From Alloascoidea hylecoeti (lineage: Eukaryota), in NCBI GenBank assembly GCA_001600815.1, contig BCKZ01000001.1, forward strand, positions 171,942 through 226,369: DNA of 54,428 bases, given 5' to 3'. Numbering within the stretch: the stretch's first letter is position 1; the number at the start of each line of letters is the position of its first letter. This document shows, one piece after another, positions 23,752 to 35,091 of the stretch. The notes under the pieces were generated by a model that made no database searches, was not told the DNA's origin, and saw nothing but the letters and a program-made list of their open reading frames with translations. A program made the translations under genes and the position numbers.

Positions 23752-24459
23752 GACAAAGTGAGACCTTAGATGTAAAAGAAGTTTGAATCATAGGTATATG
23801 ACTTGACTCAATAATATTTTCTTTAGATAACAGAGAAAAACGTGTGTCGCGAGATTGAGCTCAATACACTAGCTCGTAGAAGAAATCACACACCACAACG
23901 ATAAATCGAATATTGAACAAAGGTTATCAGAATTAAATATATAAGATTAAGTAGATTTTAATGATAGCATTTATAATCATATAAAGCTTTATATGTGTTT
24001 CCGGTTTTTAATTTGTGGTCGTAACAGAACATTGTTGTGGGATCTAAGTCCCGTAATTTATTTTATAATACGGTCGAATTCTAGGTATATATATGACATT
24101 TGTAATTAAAAGTGAATATACTGGGGTAAGTATTTAATTATTATGCTTTAAAGAAAAGAATCAAATTAGTAGAAAATGTGTCTGGAGATGCTTATATAAT
24201 CTAACTGTTATAAATTATAATGTAGAAATTACAATTGAAATCGATCGACACTAATGTCAGTTACAAGCAATTTGATTTACGAAAAGTATCACAGAGCTTC
24301 GCATTCCACCAGATCATCACCCCTCATTAAGGCCTGTTTGTAATGACAGTATTTTGAGCTAGATTAAAACTTTTTCCAGTCATTTACATGAAGTTTAAAG
24401 TTTTATATCAGCTTAATGGTTAAAATTAATAACAACGACATAAATATACAGTTTTAGAA

Positions 24460-26163
24460 CTAATAGCAAATATTATAAAATAACTTCCTAACTTTTCTCC
24501 ATCCTTTCACTTCAGGTTCAGGGGGAATTGCCTCATCTTCACGATCAATAATATCTTTACCGGTTGTAATATCTGCCTCTAAAGGACTTCTCAAGTGAGT
24601 TTTCTTATATACTTTCCAAAATACAAACAAAAAAATAAAAAAAATAGGAGCAAAATAAGCAGTAAAGAATCCAGAAGCAGAAAACTCACCAGGGAAAAAA
24701 ATTGAAAATCCATTGAAGAATAAAATAAGAATAGAAAAGAATAAACCAAAATATGTTGCATACGGTTGCATTTTAAATGGAGCAGTATAATAAGCGGCTT
24801 TCATACCGAATCCTTGCGCAATCATTGCTCTCCTCCATTGAAGATAAACAACAAATATTATGATGTAGGTACAAAGAAGAGCAGAAGTTGCTAGATTTGC
24901 AAACCAGTTAAAGGCAACCGCCGAACCATTTGAAACTGACAAAAATGAAATACAGCAAATCAAAGATATAACTAAAACAGCATAATATGGTGTTCCCCGT
25001 TTTGAACACTTTGAAAAAATTCTAGGGGCATAACCTGCTAAAGATAATGAATATAGAGTCCGGCTTGAACTATAAAGATAACCATTCCCGCAAGACCATG
25101 CAGAGGTCATGATAATAGCATTCACCAAATTATCTAAACCCTTTACACCAGCCGTTTCTTTGATACCAATAACCCAGGGACTTGAAGCTGCACCAGACCC
25201 ACCAACACTTGCAATTAAAGTCGCATTATTCGCAGAGCATAGAGTATTCATAAAGAAAATACCACCAAGATAAAAAAGATATATTCTGATATAGGATTTT
25301 CTTCCAGCAATTGCAATGTTTTTTCTTGGATTTTTCGTTTCACCAGAAATCATCATTAATACATCAGGACCACCTACAGCAAAAGCTGCATATATTAAAA
25401 CACTCCAGAAAGCCAAGAATTTACCGGTATTACCTTCAACAAGATATTCTTTCCATAACCCATCCTTCCAGTTTCTGAAACCGTATCGATCATGATTCGG
25501 ATTACCTCCTAACATCGAAATGAAGGCAAATATCATTAATCCAACAATTAAAAAAACTTTTAACATTGATGAGCAGAATTCAGTTTCTCCATAAAACCTA
25601 ACAGCTAGAAAATTCATAAATACTGATAACGCTATAAATATTGTGATCCAAGCACCAGGATTAATATCTGTCCAGTATCCTACAACACCAGCAGCAGCAA
25701 CCATTTCAACGCAAACAAACATCATAGCGCCATATAAATACATCCAACCTGAAGCAAAACCCAGGGCCGGATCGACAAATCTGGCAGCGAAATGAAACAT
25801 CGATCCAGGAATTGGTAGCCAAGAGCACATTTCAGCAACGCATTGCATTAAAACGTACATTACCGTAAAGGCATAAATAACAAATCCTAAGAAAAGTGGT
25901 AGTGAGCCTGCTCTCATTAGTGGAGTATAAACACCAATGAATAAAGCTGTACCGATTGAACTACCTATAATAATTAAACTAACATGTCTTTGAGTTAGGC
26001 CTCTTTTAACAGCACCGTTGTGAATTGGATCATATTTATCTTGAAAATCTTCTGCATTTGTAGATACGATGAAATCTTTTGCACTTCCAACTTCAAGGGA
26101 ATCAGATTCGACTGCTGTAGCTGCGACGGCCGATTTATCTTTTAGATCTCCAGTTGTAGACAT
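24460..26163 (-). CDS. Amino-acid permease (YAT family, proline-permease-like)
   Basis: RGLTQRHVSLIIIGSSIGTALF, FYGETEF, GGNPNHDRYGFRNW, SAWSCGN. First ATG (MSTTG) is at 26163. Confidence 0.92.
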   Translation of the reverse strand: MSTTGDLKDKSAVAATAVESDSLEVGSAKDFIVSTNAEDFQDKYDPIHNGAVKRGLTQRHVSLIIIGSSIGTALFIGVYTPLMRAGSLPLFLGFVIYAFTVMYVLMQCVAEMCSWLPIPGSMFHFAARFVDPALGFASGWMYLYGAMMFVCVEMVAAAGVVGYWTDINPGAWITIFIALSVFMNFLAVRFYGETEFCSSMLKVFLIVGLMIFAFISMLGGNPNHDRYGFRNWKDGLWKEYLVEGNTGKFLAFWSVLIYAAFAVGGPDVLMMISGETKNPRKNIAIAGRKSYIRIYLFYLGGIFFMNTLCSANNATLIASVGGSGAASSPWVIGIKETAGVKGLDNLVNAIIMTSAWSCGNGYLYSSSRTLYSLSLAGYAPRIFSKCSKRGTPYYAVLVISLICCISFLSVSNGSAVAFNWFANLATSALLCTYIIIFVVYLQWRRAMIAQGFGMKAAYYTAPFKMQPYATYFGLFFSILILFFNGFSIFFPGEFSASGFFTAYFAPIFFIFLFVFWKVYKKTHLRSPLEADITTGKDIIDREDEAIPPEPEVKGWRKVRKLFYNICY

Positions 26164-26319
26164 ATGGGGCTTATATATTGTATCAATCAAATGAAAATTT
26201 TCAATTGAAATATTAATATTTATTGTATGCCCTTAAATAATCTCAAGATGATAATATTGAAATAAGAACAAGAAGGTTTATATAAGAATAAGAATAAAAG
26301 GCTGAAACCCTAAATGGGG

Positions 26320-26358
26320 TTATCAATGCAGGTGCTTATCAGTATCAATATCGATAAG
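26320..26358. promoter_or_regulatory. Cluster of GATAA(G) sites (nitrogen-catabolite-repression type) upstream of the permease
   Basis: TTATC at 26320, CTTATC at 26335 and GATAAG at 26353, all within 40 bp. Confidence 0.5.
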
Positions 26359-27461
26359 TATTAAGTACTCCATTATATGCAATCTGACCCGTTATAAGAT
26401 TCTTATTTTTAATAGAAATAAAAAGTTATTGTAACAACTACGCTGGCGCGTCACTGAAAATGAACAACTATTTTTGCCCACGAGATTTTCTTTAGAAATA
26501 TACATGTATGCAACTATACAGACTATCAAATCCGGAAATATCTAGGCCGCATATTAATGCACTAGATAAAGTATGTTTTTACATTAGTGAAAATAAGAAA
26601 AATAGTTAAACCTCTATAATTATACGCAGATATTTAAAATGTGGACAGTATTTGGGATGCAATCACGCGTAACCATATAAATTTACCGGTACTCGTAAGA
26701 TCACGAAATCTGGAGGTCTATCGTTAAGAAATAGTTAGGTACAAAAAAAAGTTTGACAGAGAAGTGCAAAAATTAGTTTCAAACAACTAACTTTACATTT
26801 GGCGTTTATCTACCTTTTTTTCGTCTTTATATGAAGTGATTTTGGTGTTGTGGTCATATTTCCGATATTTTTTGATTTTCTTAAAAGTTGTTCATTTTCA
26901 GTGGCGCTCATACAACATTACTGTAAAGCTCCCAAGCATACAATAATATTTTATCTGTAGCTGCAGGGCTTTCAGCATCCAATTGAACGATGAGTCTTCG
27001 AGTATTATTGAAGATTTGGTTTAAGATTTAAGATTTAGCGGCCGCGGGGTCTGAAATGATTTTGAAAAAATAACCGCCATCTATTTCTTTTCGATTACAT
27101 TCTTTTCTTTAGTGATCAAGTATCCGATTATTAGTGCATCACATGTCCGAATACTTAGTCCTCCAAGTTTCCGATATTAAGCTTAAATAAAAATATTGTA
27201 AAGATATAATGTATAGGGCCTATATAATGTAACTTTACTTCATTCAAGTTAAATCATATAGGACTTATATAAATATAATTTCACCTCACGATAGTTATAA
27301 TCAATACAAAATATAGAATAACTTTACCTCACGAGTAGTTACTAATTTATATATATACCAGTTACTGGGATTGTACTCGAGAACAAAACTTATATTGCGA
27401 GTCGGAGTTTCAGGGTGATTTCAAGTGGGGCGGAGTGGCTTACAGAATTGGTCATATAATA

Positions 27462-27595
27462 GGCCACCTCGAACAGTGTGCTAACCTAGTCATAATTATT
27501 GCAAGATTATTTATTATTATTTACTAAAAGGTCAACCTGAATTAGTTATAGCCAACTGTTTCACAGCGGTGTCTTACCAAAATGACCTAACTAAA
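27462..27595 (+). repeat. Left terminal inverted repeat
   Basis: Pairs with 29359-29491; shared blocks TTTACTAAA(A/T)GGTCAAC(C/T)TGAATTAGTTA, TTCACA.C.GTGT and G.CCTAACTAA. Confidence 0.85.
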
Positions 27596-27858
27596 TTGAT
27601 CGTACTCCATCTCTTTCCACCTATTAATAGCTATATGCCTGAAATTAATTAACGATCAGCTTGATAATAACTAGTCACTTTTCTGAAAATTAACTATGGT
27701 AGTGTGTGTGATATATAATTAGCGACTTTACTAAACATCTAAACATTAGTCTTTGAAACTTATTTAGCCTTAGCATTGAATATTAATCATATTTGCATTA
27801 TTTATTTTTCTTATTTATTTTCTTATTTATTTTCTTATATTTAATTTACTTATTTAAT

Positions 27859-29016
27859 TTATTTATTTTTTTTTACATTATCATTTTCCTTATACCTGTC
27901 AGATATTTTTTGTTGTTCAGAAGCAAGCCATGCTTTTTGAGAAGTACTCAATCCATCTGAGGTTCGTAACATGAAGTTTCTATCAGACTCTAGACGGTGA
28001 TTTTCCTCCCGTAGCCGTTCCAGTTCTAGCTTTTTATTTTGTAGTTTTAGCTTTTTATTTCGTAATTTCAGCTTTTTATCTTCTTGTCGCTGTCGTTTTT
28101 TCTCTCGCTGTTGCTCTTTTTCTTCACGTTTCTGTTCCTTCTCTACTCTCCATTTCCGTTTTTCTTCTTCTATTTTCTCCTGATTTTCCACAGATTTCTT
28201 CGTTGTTTCGGCTCTGATTTTCTGAACTTCAGACAGAGTTTCCAATAATGATTGGATTCCTATATCTGTGTTGCATGTCTCTTTAACCTTTTTTTGATCC
28301 ATTGGTCTTTCAACCGTTTTTGCTTTTGATGACAGTTGACCGTTAACATCTTGCCGAACAGCCTCAATGGACCCATCACTCATTCCATTATGTGTTGCCA
28401 AGGGATGTCTTGAGACGGATACTGATAGTGGTGATCGCCCATATGATTTCAGGAACTTGGGACTGGCAGAAACAATTTGATAGGCTTCGAACAACTGAAA
28501 AGGCTTTCCTTCCTTGTTTCTATATATTTCCAAAGCTTGAGCAACAATATCCTTAGTAGATGAACCATTTTTTGGTTGTTGCTCAATGGAAACCATATGC
28601 TTACAAAATTTTTCGATATCGTAACGATTTTTCCTCCACTTGATTTTCAATTGTTCTATTGTTCTTGGAAGATAGGCATGCATTTCCTGGCGTAAAATGG
28701 TGCTGTATCGATCGTGTACCGTAGACCAAAATTGCAACCCTCGCTGCTCAGATCCAGGAATGGAATTCTCACTGGCATAGAGCCATGCTTTGGATAAAGT
28801 GATATTTTCCAATTGGGTCCAATTGTTAGCCCGTTGACGTGCAATAGCTGGTGTGAGAGGTGGTGAGGGGTTAAAGGTCGCTGGCATTGATGGTGGCATG
28901 GAAACCTCTCGATTTAAGGGTGTTGCTGCAATCTGCGTTTGAGTATCATCATCCGAGGTAGTTTCTACAGTTGCAGATGGAAGGTTCGAATTTGGGAGCA
29001 TAGTGATTGATATCAT
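27859..29016 (-). CDS. Myb/SANT-like (NAM-associated type) DNA-binding protein, Harbinger ORF1-like
   Basis: NWTQLENITLSKAWLYASENSI.GSEQRGLQFW..V...Y...RT.EQLK.KW....DIEKF, then F....AY.IV..SPKF, RPMDQKKVK and a basic coiled coil. This is the layout of PIF/Harbinger (Pong-like) ORF1. Confidence 0.8.
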   Translation of the reverse strand: MISITMLPNSNLPSATVETTSDDDTQTQIAATPLNREVSMPPSMPATFNPSPPLTPAIARQRANNWTQLENITLSKAWLYASENSIPGSEQRGLQFWSTVHDRYSTILRQEMHAYLPRTIEQLKIKWRKNRYDIEKFCKHMVSIEQQPKNGSSTKDIVAQALEIYRNKEGKPFQLFEAYQIVSASPKFLKSYGRSPLSVSVSRHPLATHNGMSDGSIEAVRQDVNGQLSSKAKTVERPMDQKKVKETCNTDIGIQSLLETLSEVQKIRAETTKKSVENQEKIEEEKRKWRVEKEQKREEKEQQREKKRQRQEDKKLKLRNKKLKLQNKKLELERLREENHRLESDRNFMLRTSDGLSTSQKAWLASEQQKISDRYKENDNVKKNK

Positions 29017-29358
29017 GACTTTTATTCATGTGCAAATGCTTGTGTTTATATAAGAATTACCGGTGGCTAACTAGTGCACGATTATGTAATATTATTAATT
29101 TTAAATGTCGCCTGCAACAAAGCTCTCATGCATCTCTCATGGGTTGTGCGTCAAAATGACTTAAATTTTGTCAACTTTTAATGTAGTCAGGCCTTAGCCG
29201 ACCAACTAATGCATGCATAAGACTATTATGGGCAATTTGAGGATCACAATATGCAATGCTTGAGAATGTTAATTGTACACAGTAATATGTAGTAGTACAT
29301 ATTTCTGTATCTATCGTGATACATACACAAATAAATGATCACCGCCATTCTCGTGATG

Positions 29359-29491
29359 ATTAGTTAGGCCAATTCTATTGAACACTGGTGTGAAGTAGCT
29401 GTCTAACTAATTCAAGTTGACCATTTAGTAAAAAATAATAAGTTAAAATTATATTACATATGAACTAGCTAGTTCACCGCTGGAGATGGCC
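29359..29491 (-). repeat. Right terminal inverted repeat
   Basis: Reverse complement aligns with 27462-27595; ends ..TGGAGATGGCC|TAA. Confidence 0.85.
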
Positions 29492-30105
29492 TAAAAGGAT
29501 CTTTTCTTACAGTAATATTAATTCATTGAAATTCATTCCCATAAATCACTTTTTGACAATTTTTGACGCCTCCGAGGCTCCGACCATTAATACATGGACA
29601 TGCATGATAATTGCACACACTGTTACATATTTATGGATTAGTTTGACTAAGTTAGGGCACTGTTTGATGCCTAGGCCTTAAAATTATAAATATAGTATTA
29701 TTTCTTAGCAACGATTTTGTACATACATGTAGGAATAAGAAAGATTCAAATTCAAAAAGGTGGATCCGAAAGGAGTGTTGAAATTTCATGGTAATGGGAA
29801 GAACACATAGATAGTTAAGATGTGTAGATAGCTAAAGATCTTGAGGAGCAGAAGTATTGGCAGCAAAAATTTAGTGAAGGGTAAGCGGTATTTTTTGATC
29901 ACCATGACCAAATATGTAGTCGATATCAATGCCGAACAATAATTATAATGAATGATGGTCAGATATTATTTTATATGGCCCAATATTTAGTGAATCACAT
30001 GACCAAGCATTACTACTTGTAGCCGAATATTTACAGATGATAAATCTAATAAATTGTATAAGTCAAGTACTAAATTTAAAGGAATCTAATTTATTCTATT
30101 TAATC

Positions 30106-30999
30106 TTATTTCTGAGCATCATCATCAAATTGAGAATATTGTTCTTTCCAATATAATCTAAGAGTTTTCTCTTTACTAACAGTAGTAATTTTTTCAACAT
30201 CTAAATCATCAATTTTAAAATCAAAGATTTCTAATGTTTGTTTGATCCTTTCAATTTTTCCACTAGTAGTGATTGGCAAAATACCATTTTGATAAACCCA
30301 TCTAAGTAAAATTTGAGCTGGTAATCTGTTATATTTTTTAGACAATTCATCTAATAACGGATCCAATGGACCCGGACTACCTTTTGTAATTGGTCCCAAT
30401 GGACTATAAGCAGTTACTAAAATATCATTCTTTTGAGCAAATTGAACGATACCTGGAGTTTGATTTTGTAAATAAGCATTATATTCAATTTGAATTACTG
30501 CTGGTTTAATTGTAGCAATCTTTAAAATCTCTTCAACATTTGAAACTGCGAAATTTGAAATACCAATATTTTTAACTTTTCCTAATTTTTGTTGTTCTTC
30601 AAGAGATTTCCAAGCATCTTGTAAAGAAATACCATTCTTTTCCTTTGTTATAAAAGGATGATGAAGAAGATATAAATCAAGATAATCAACACCTAATTCT
30701 TTTAAAGTTTTCTCAATTGCTCCTGGAATATCTTTAAAACTTGATGTAACTTTATCAGTAATCCAAAGTTTCGATCTATCATATTCTGATTCAGAAAGAG
30801 CAACTCCAACTTCTGGGGTTGTATTATAAACTTCTGCTAAATCAAGATGTGTATATCCAGATTTAATTGCATCTTTGACACTATCAACGAGTTGACGAGA
30901 AATATCACCAGGTTGATTTTTGAACCAAGCTGTTCCAACACCATAAGCAATTGCTGGAATTTTTGCACCAGAGTTAAGAGTAAATGATTCAATTGCCAT
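30106..30999 (-). CDS. NADPH-dependent aldo-keto reductase (YDL124W / conjugated polyketone reductase-like)
   Basis: IPAIAYGVGTAWFK, HLDLAEVY, WITDK, YLDLYLLHHP, IGISNF, AYSPLGP. First ATG (MAIES) is at 30999. Confidence 0.93.
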   Translation of the reverse strand: MAIESFTLNSGAKIPAIAYGVGTAWFKNQPGDISRQLVDSVKDAIKSGYTHLDLAEVYNTTPEVGVALSESEYDRSKLWITDKVTSSFKDIPGAIEKTLKELGVDYLDLYLLHHPFITKEKNGISLQDAWKSLEEQQKLGKVKNIGISNFAVSNVEEILKIATIKPAVIQIEYNAYLQNQTPGIVQFAQKNDILVTAYSPLGPITKGSPGPLDPLLDELSKKYNRLPAQILLRWVYQNGILPITTSGKIERIKQTLEIFDFKIDDLDVEKITTVSKEKTLRLYWKEQYSQFDDDAQK

Positions 31000-31301
31000 T
31001 ATGAATTGTGGTTTTAAAGAGCAATTATAAAGAAAGGTAGTCAATCAAATTAGTGGTCTTTTATAGTTTAATTTCTTCCACGTGTGGTTGTTTAATATTA
31101 TTCCGTAATTATACATAATCTTGTTGAATTAATAAGCAATTGATTCAATAGAGGTAAAACAGATAAGACAATTTTATCAATAAAAGACGAACTGTCACAC
31201 AATTATATAAATCTATTGTTAATATATTATGATTTTACAAGTGAGAGACACCAACATACTACCATAAAGATATCTGAGTGGAACACCTCTACAAAAAAAC
31301 C

Positions 31302-32100
31302 CACCTTTTGAAATATAGAATGATTTCAAGAATTCTGTTAAGCGAGATTTTAGATAACGATACTTTTAAAACGCAATTAAAAATAAATAGGCGTATTTAA
31401 ATAGGCTTGACTTTATTATATCTAACAACATGACTTCTTAATTGGCAAAATAAGTAAAAGGCTTAACATCTGCGGATCCCACCACGTACCGTATGGTTCA
31501 TTGTAAAGAAATACGCTAACAACTCTTCTGGGGTAATAATTCCCCGAATAAGAAAGCCTGTATAACTTACTGAAATAACAGTAAATCAAATCCTGAGGAG
31601 TTTAAAGGTTTTCCCTTCGATATGTTGGAGGATCTGACATCAAAGTTCAACACCAAACGTCCTGAGACCACTCTAATCTATCTTCAGATCATATTATTCT
31701 ATTCCTTTGGTTCTTCTCATCCCGAGAGGTCCTTTTACATGTTGAGAATATTCCGTATTCATGATGTTAGTGAAGGGTTCTCTCAGGTGGTCTGTGTTAT
31801 CCAACAGTTAAATTTTGAAGCAAGCTCCCAAAAGGTATTCAAAGGGGGTGGGGAATTTGATTTAATGGCATTTCAAAAAGCTATACAGGCTTTTTTATTC
31901 GGGGAATTGTTACACCAGAAAAGCTGCTAGGTATTTCTTACAGTGAATTTCTCAGTTGAATGATCAATATTAAGAAGCCAGGTTTACTCGGATTAGATAT
32001 TTCAATCCGCCTAGTTGATTCCTATTTCTTTTTAGAGTTACAATTACGTGAAATTTCGCCTGTCAGAGGTCTAGAAGTCATTCTACGGTGTTTCCAGGTG
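31302..32100. repeat. ~800-bp degenerate palindrome (foldback), centre ~31721
   Basis: The arms pair nearly end to end. The best block is 31516-31593 versus the reverse complement of 31852-31930 (TAA.AATTCCCCGAATAA.AAAGCCTGTATA). Confidence 0.85.
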
Positions 32101-32709
32101 AAAAACAGAACACAAACGCACAGTACTAAGCAATATTTTAAATAATGATGATAATATAGTATATAATTATAAGACGTTAAAAACTAATTCAAAAATTCAA
32201 AAAATTCAAAAAAGTAAAGCAAATATTTATGTATAAGATTTAAAACTAATATATATTTATACCATACTATAATATATAATGCATATATGGTGAAGCAGCA
32301 GCCGTAAAAAAAGACAAAAATAATGTATAGATGTAAGATTGATATAATATACCTAATGCGTAAGGTTAAAAATCAAGTTTCAATAACGATTGAAAAAGAT
32401 AAAGATAATGATATAATATAAGATCCCAGATCTGCGCAGTGTATTGTTTCAATTGCGAAATAATAAAGGGCATATTATGATGCAAGTGTAGTAGTAATGC
32501 CTCTTTATTTAAATCAAATTCTTTCTTCTAGCTATAATTACGATATAATATAGTAATAGTAGTAGTAATAGTAGTATATAGTGATTAGTAGTTGTAATAT
32601 TGTTTTCATCATTGCTCTTAATAAGTTTCTTACTAATGATATAATTCGAGTTCATTTTCCCTACCAAATTATAATGTTCATTCAAACCAGTAAAATACCT
32701 TTTTATGTA

Positions 32710-33590
32710 TCATGTATTATTACCAGAAATATAAGGACCAATTACACCAAAATTATTATTATCATCAATCGTATTTGTAGTTCTTGTTCTTGATATTAAT
32801 TCACAACAAGTTGTTATTTTTAATTTCATTTCTTGAATTTGTGGTTTTAATGATTTAATTTCTAATAATAATTCATTTATTGTTAATTTTAAATCTTTTA
32901 TATCATTTGAATTTGAATTTAAATTTTCATTATTATGATGTTGATGATGTGGGTTTAAATTTTGAATACGAAGTTGATTATTAAATTGATTTTCATATTC
33001 AATTTTAACATTATTTGAATTTAATTCATTTGATGATTGAGGTATAATTGTTGATTGTAATTGATGCATATTCATCCCACCTATTCCAACTCCTGGTCTA
33101 CCAAAACCTGATCTTTGCTGTTGCTGTTGCTGTTGCTGTTGATGTTGATGTTGCTGTTGCTGTTGATGTTGCTGTTGATGTTGCTGTTGTTGTAAGCTAT
33201 TATATCCAATATTAATCGATGAAGAATTTGAAGAAGTTGATTGTAATTGATTACTTGCTGTAGAAACTGATGAAATTGAAGGATGTATTGAATAATCACT
33301 ATTAGTTGTCGATGATGCAGTTGTTAAATAATCATTTGATATTGATGCTGATGCCATTGATGAAGAAGATCTAGATATTGATGACGATGAAGATGATGAA
33401 GATGGATTATGATTATTATCTTGTAATGGTGTCGTCGAATGTGTTTGGGTTGGTGTACATGTTGAAGATGAAGATGATTTCATTCTTTTGGTTGATCTTG
33501 TATCTATATCATCATTATTGCTTATTGGTAGTGTGATTGTTTGTTGTTGATTGATATATTCATCTGATCTTGATCTAGATAAATTATTAA

Positions 33591-33661
<71 letters not shown>

Positions 33662-35091
33662 GTATTGTTATTGTTTATTCGTTGAAAATGTTTTTGATTA
33701 GCTAGAGTATATAGAGATTGGCTATTATTTGATATTGTTCGTTGTTTATGTAATTCATCACGATGTTGAAAATAAGTCTTACAAGTTTCTAATAATTTAT
33801 CCAATTCATTATCTAATAAATCTTTACTTGAAGTAGTTAATGAATTAATTACAGCTTTTGTATTTGTATTTGGAGAATTTGAATTTGAATTTGAGTTTGA
33901 ATTAGATGCTGAATTTGAATTTGATGATTGAGAATTTGAATTTGTTGAAGTTTTTAATTTTTCATCTAATCTGCCTTGTAATAACCAATATCTATCTCTA
34001 CATTGTCTTGGATTTCGATCTTTACCTTGTTCTCTTAATTTATTTGATATAAATAAAAAAAATGCTCTTATTGATTTTGCTGTACGTATTTCAATTGGAT
34101 GTTGATGAACTAATCTAACTAACATTAAATCTTCATGTTCACTCCAATTATTTCTTGATACCATTTTTTTTGGTTCAATTTGATCATTTGTTTGTTGTGT
34201 AATTGTATTATAAATAATTTGAGTATTATTCATACTATTTATATTACCTATATTTTGTTGGTGTTGTTGTTTTATTATTGGAATTGAAGAATTTGAATTA
34301 ATTAATGGAGTTGATGATCTTGATAAACTAATATTTGAGATACCACCGAGGGAATTTACACCAATTGGATTTGAAGCAACATTACTTAAACCAGTTAAAT
34401 TATTTAAATTTGGATTATAAGAAGAAATATTATGATTTGAATAATTATTAAGATTATAATTTGAAGATTGATCAGAAGAATTATACATTGATTGTTGTAT
34501 AGTATTGTTATACTTCATATGCATTACTCCATGATTAATATTAATATTTGGATTTGAAGTTGGATGAATATTTGTAGTTGGATTTATAGAGCTTAAAATT
34601 GGATTTTTTAAAGGAGTTGTGATTATATTTGAATTTAAATTTGATGTTATAAGATTTGATGTTATAATATTTCTAGATGATGATGGTGATGAACTTAGTT
34701 GAGTAAACGAATTAATATTATTATTAATTATATTTCTATTATTGTTTCTATTAATTTCATTTTCATTTTCATTTTCGTTATTATTGTTGTTGTTATTGTT
34801 AATGTTATCGTTAATTATAGAAGTACTATTTCCTTGCATTTGATCGTTTACGTTTACATTAATACTTGAATCTTGAAGCAAGTGAGGGTTATTCATTCTT
34901 GATAAAGATCTACTTGATGTGTTTGAATTTGAATTAACATTATGGTTAGGATTACTAATATTCGAGGTTAAAGACAAATTAACAGCAGTCCCCGGACTTA
35001 AATTATTTGAATGGTCATTTGATTGTTGTTGTTGTTGTTGTTGCTGCTGTTGCTGTTGTAATTGGCGTTGAATCATTTGGTTATTCATCAT
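32710..35091 (-). CDS. N/Q-rich putative transcription factor with a trihelix Myb/SANT-like domain and C-terminal coiled coil
   Basis: Domain RNNWSEHEDLMLV..FFLFISNKLREQGKDRNPRQCRDRYWLL within low-complexity sequence. First ATG (MMNNQ) is at 35091. Confidence 0.75.
33592..33664. repeat. Compound trinucleotide microsatellite (ATT)n(AGT)n encoding poly-Asn/poly-Thr
   Basis: Directly visible; poly-Gln repeats also occur at ~33115-33192 and 35023-35058. Confidence 0.9.

Larger units (their letters stand above)
27462..29491 (-). mobile_element. Non-autonomous PIF/Harbinger-type DNA transposon carrying only the Myb/SANT ORF
   Basis: Imperfect ~135-bp TIRs starting GGCCACCTCGAACAGTG / GGCCATCTCCAGCGGTG, right flank TAA, and an internal Harbinger ORF1-like gene. 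No DDE ORF is visible. Confidence 0.8.

Noticed and set aside
24328..24340. TAA|GGCCTGTTTG, a Tourist/PIF-like terminus
   Set aside because: No inverted partner found in the window.
31622..32145. ORFs of 102 and 61 aa
   Set aside because: They lie within the palindrome and have no motifs, so they are probably incidental.
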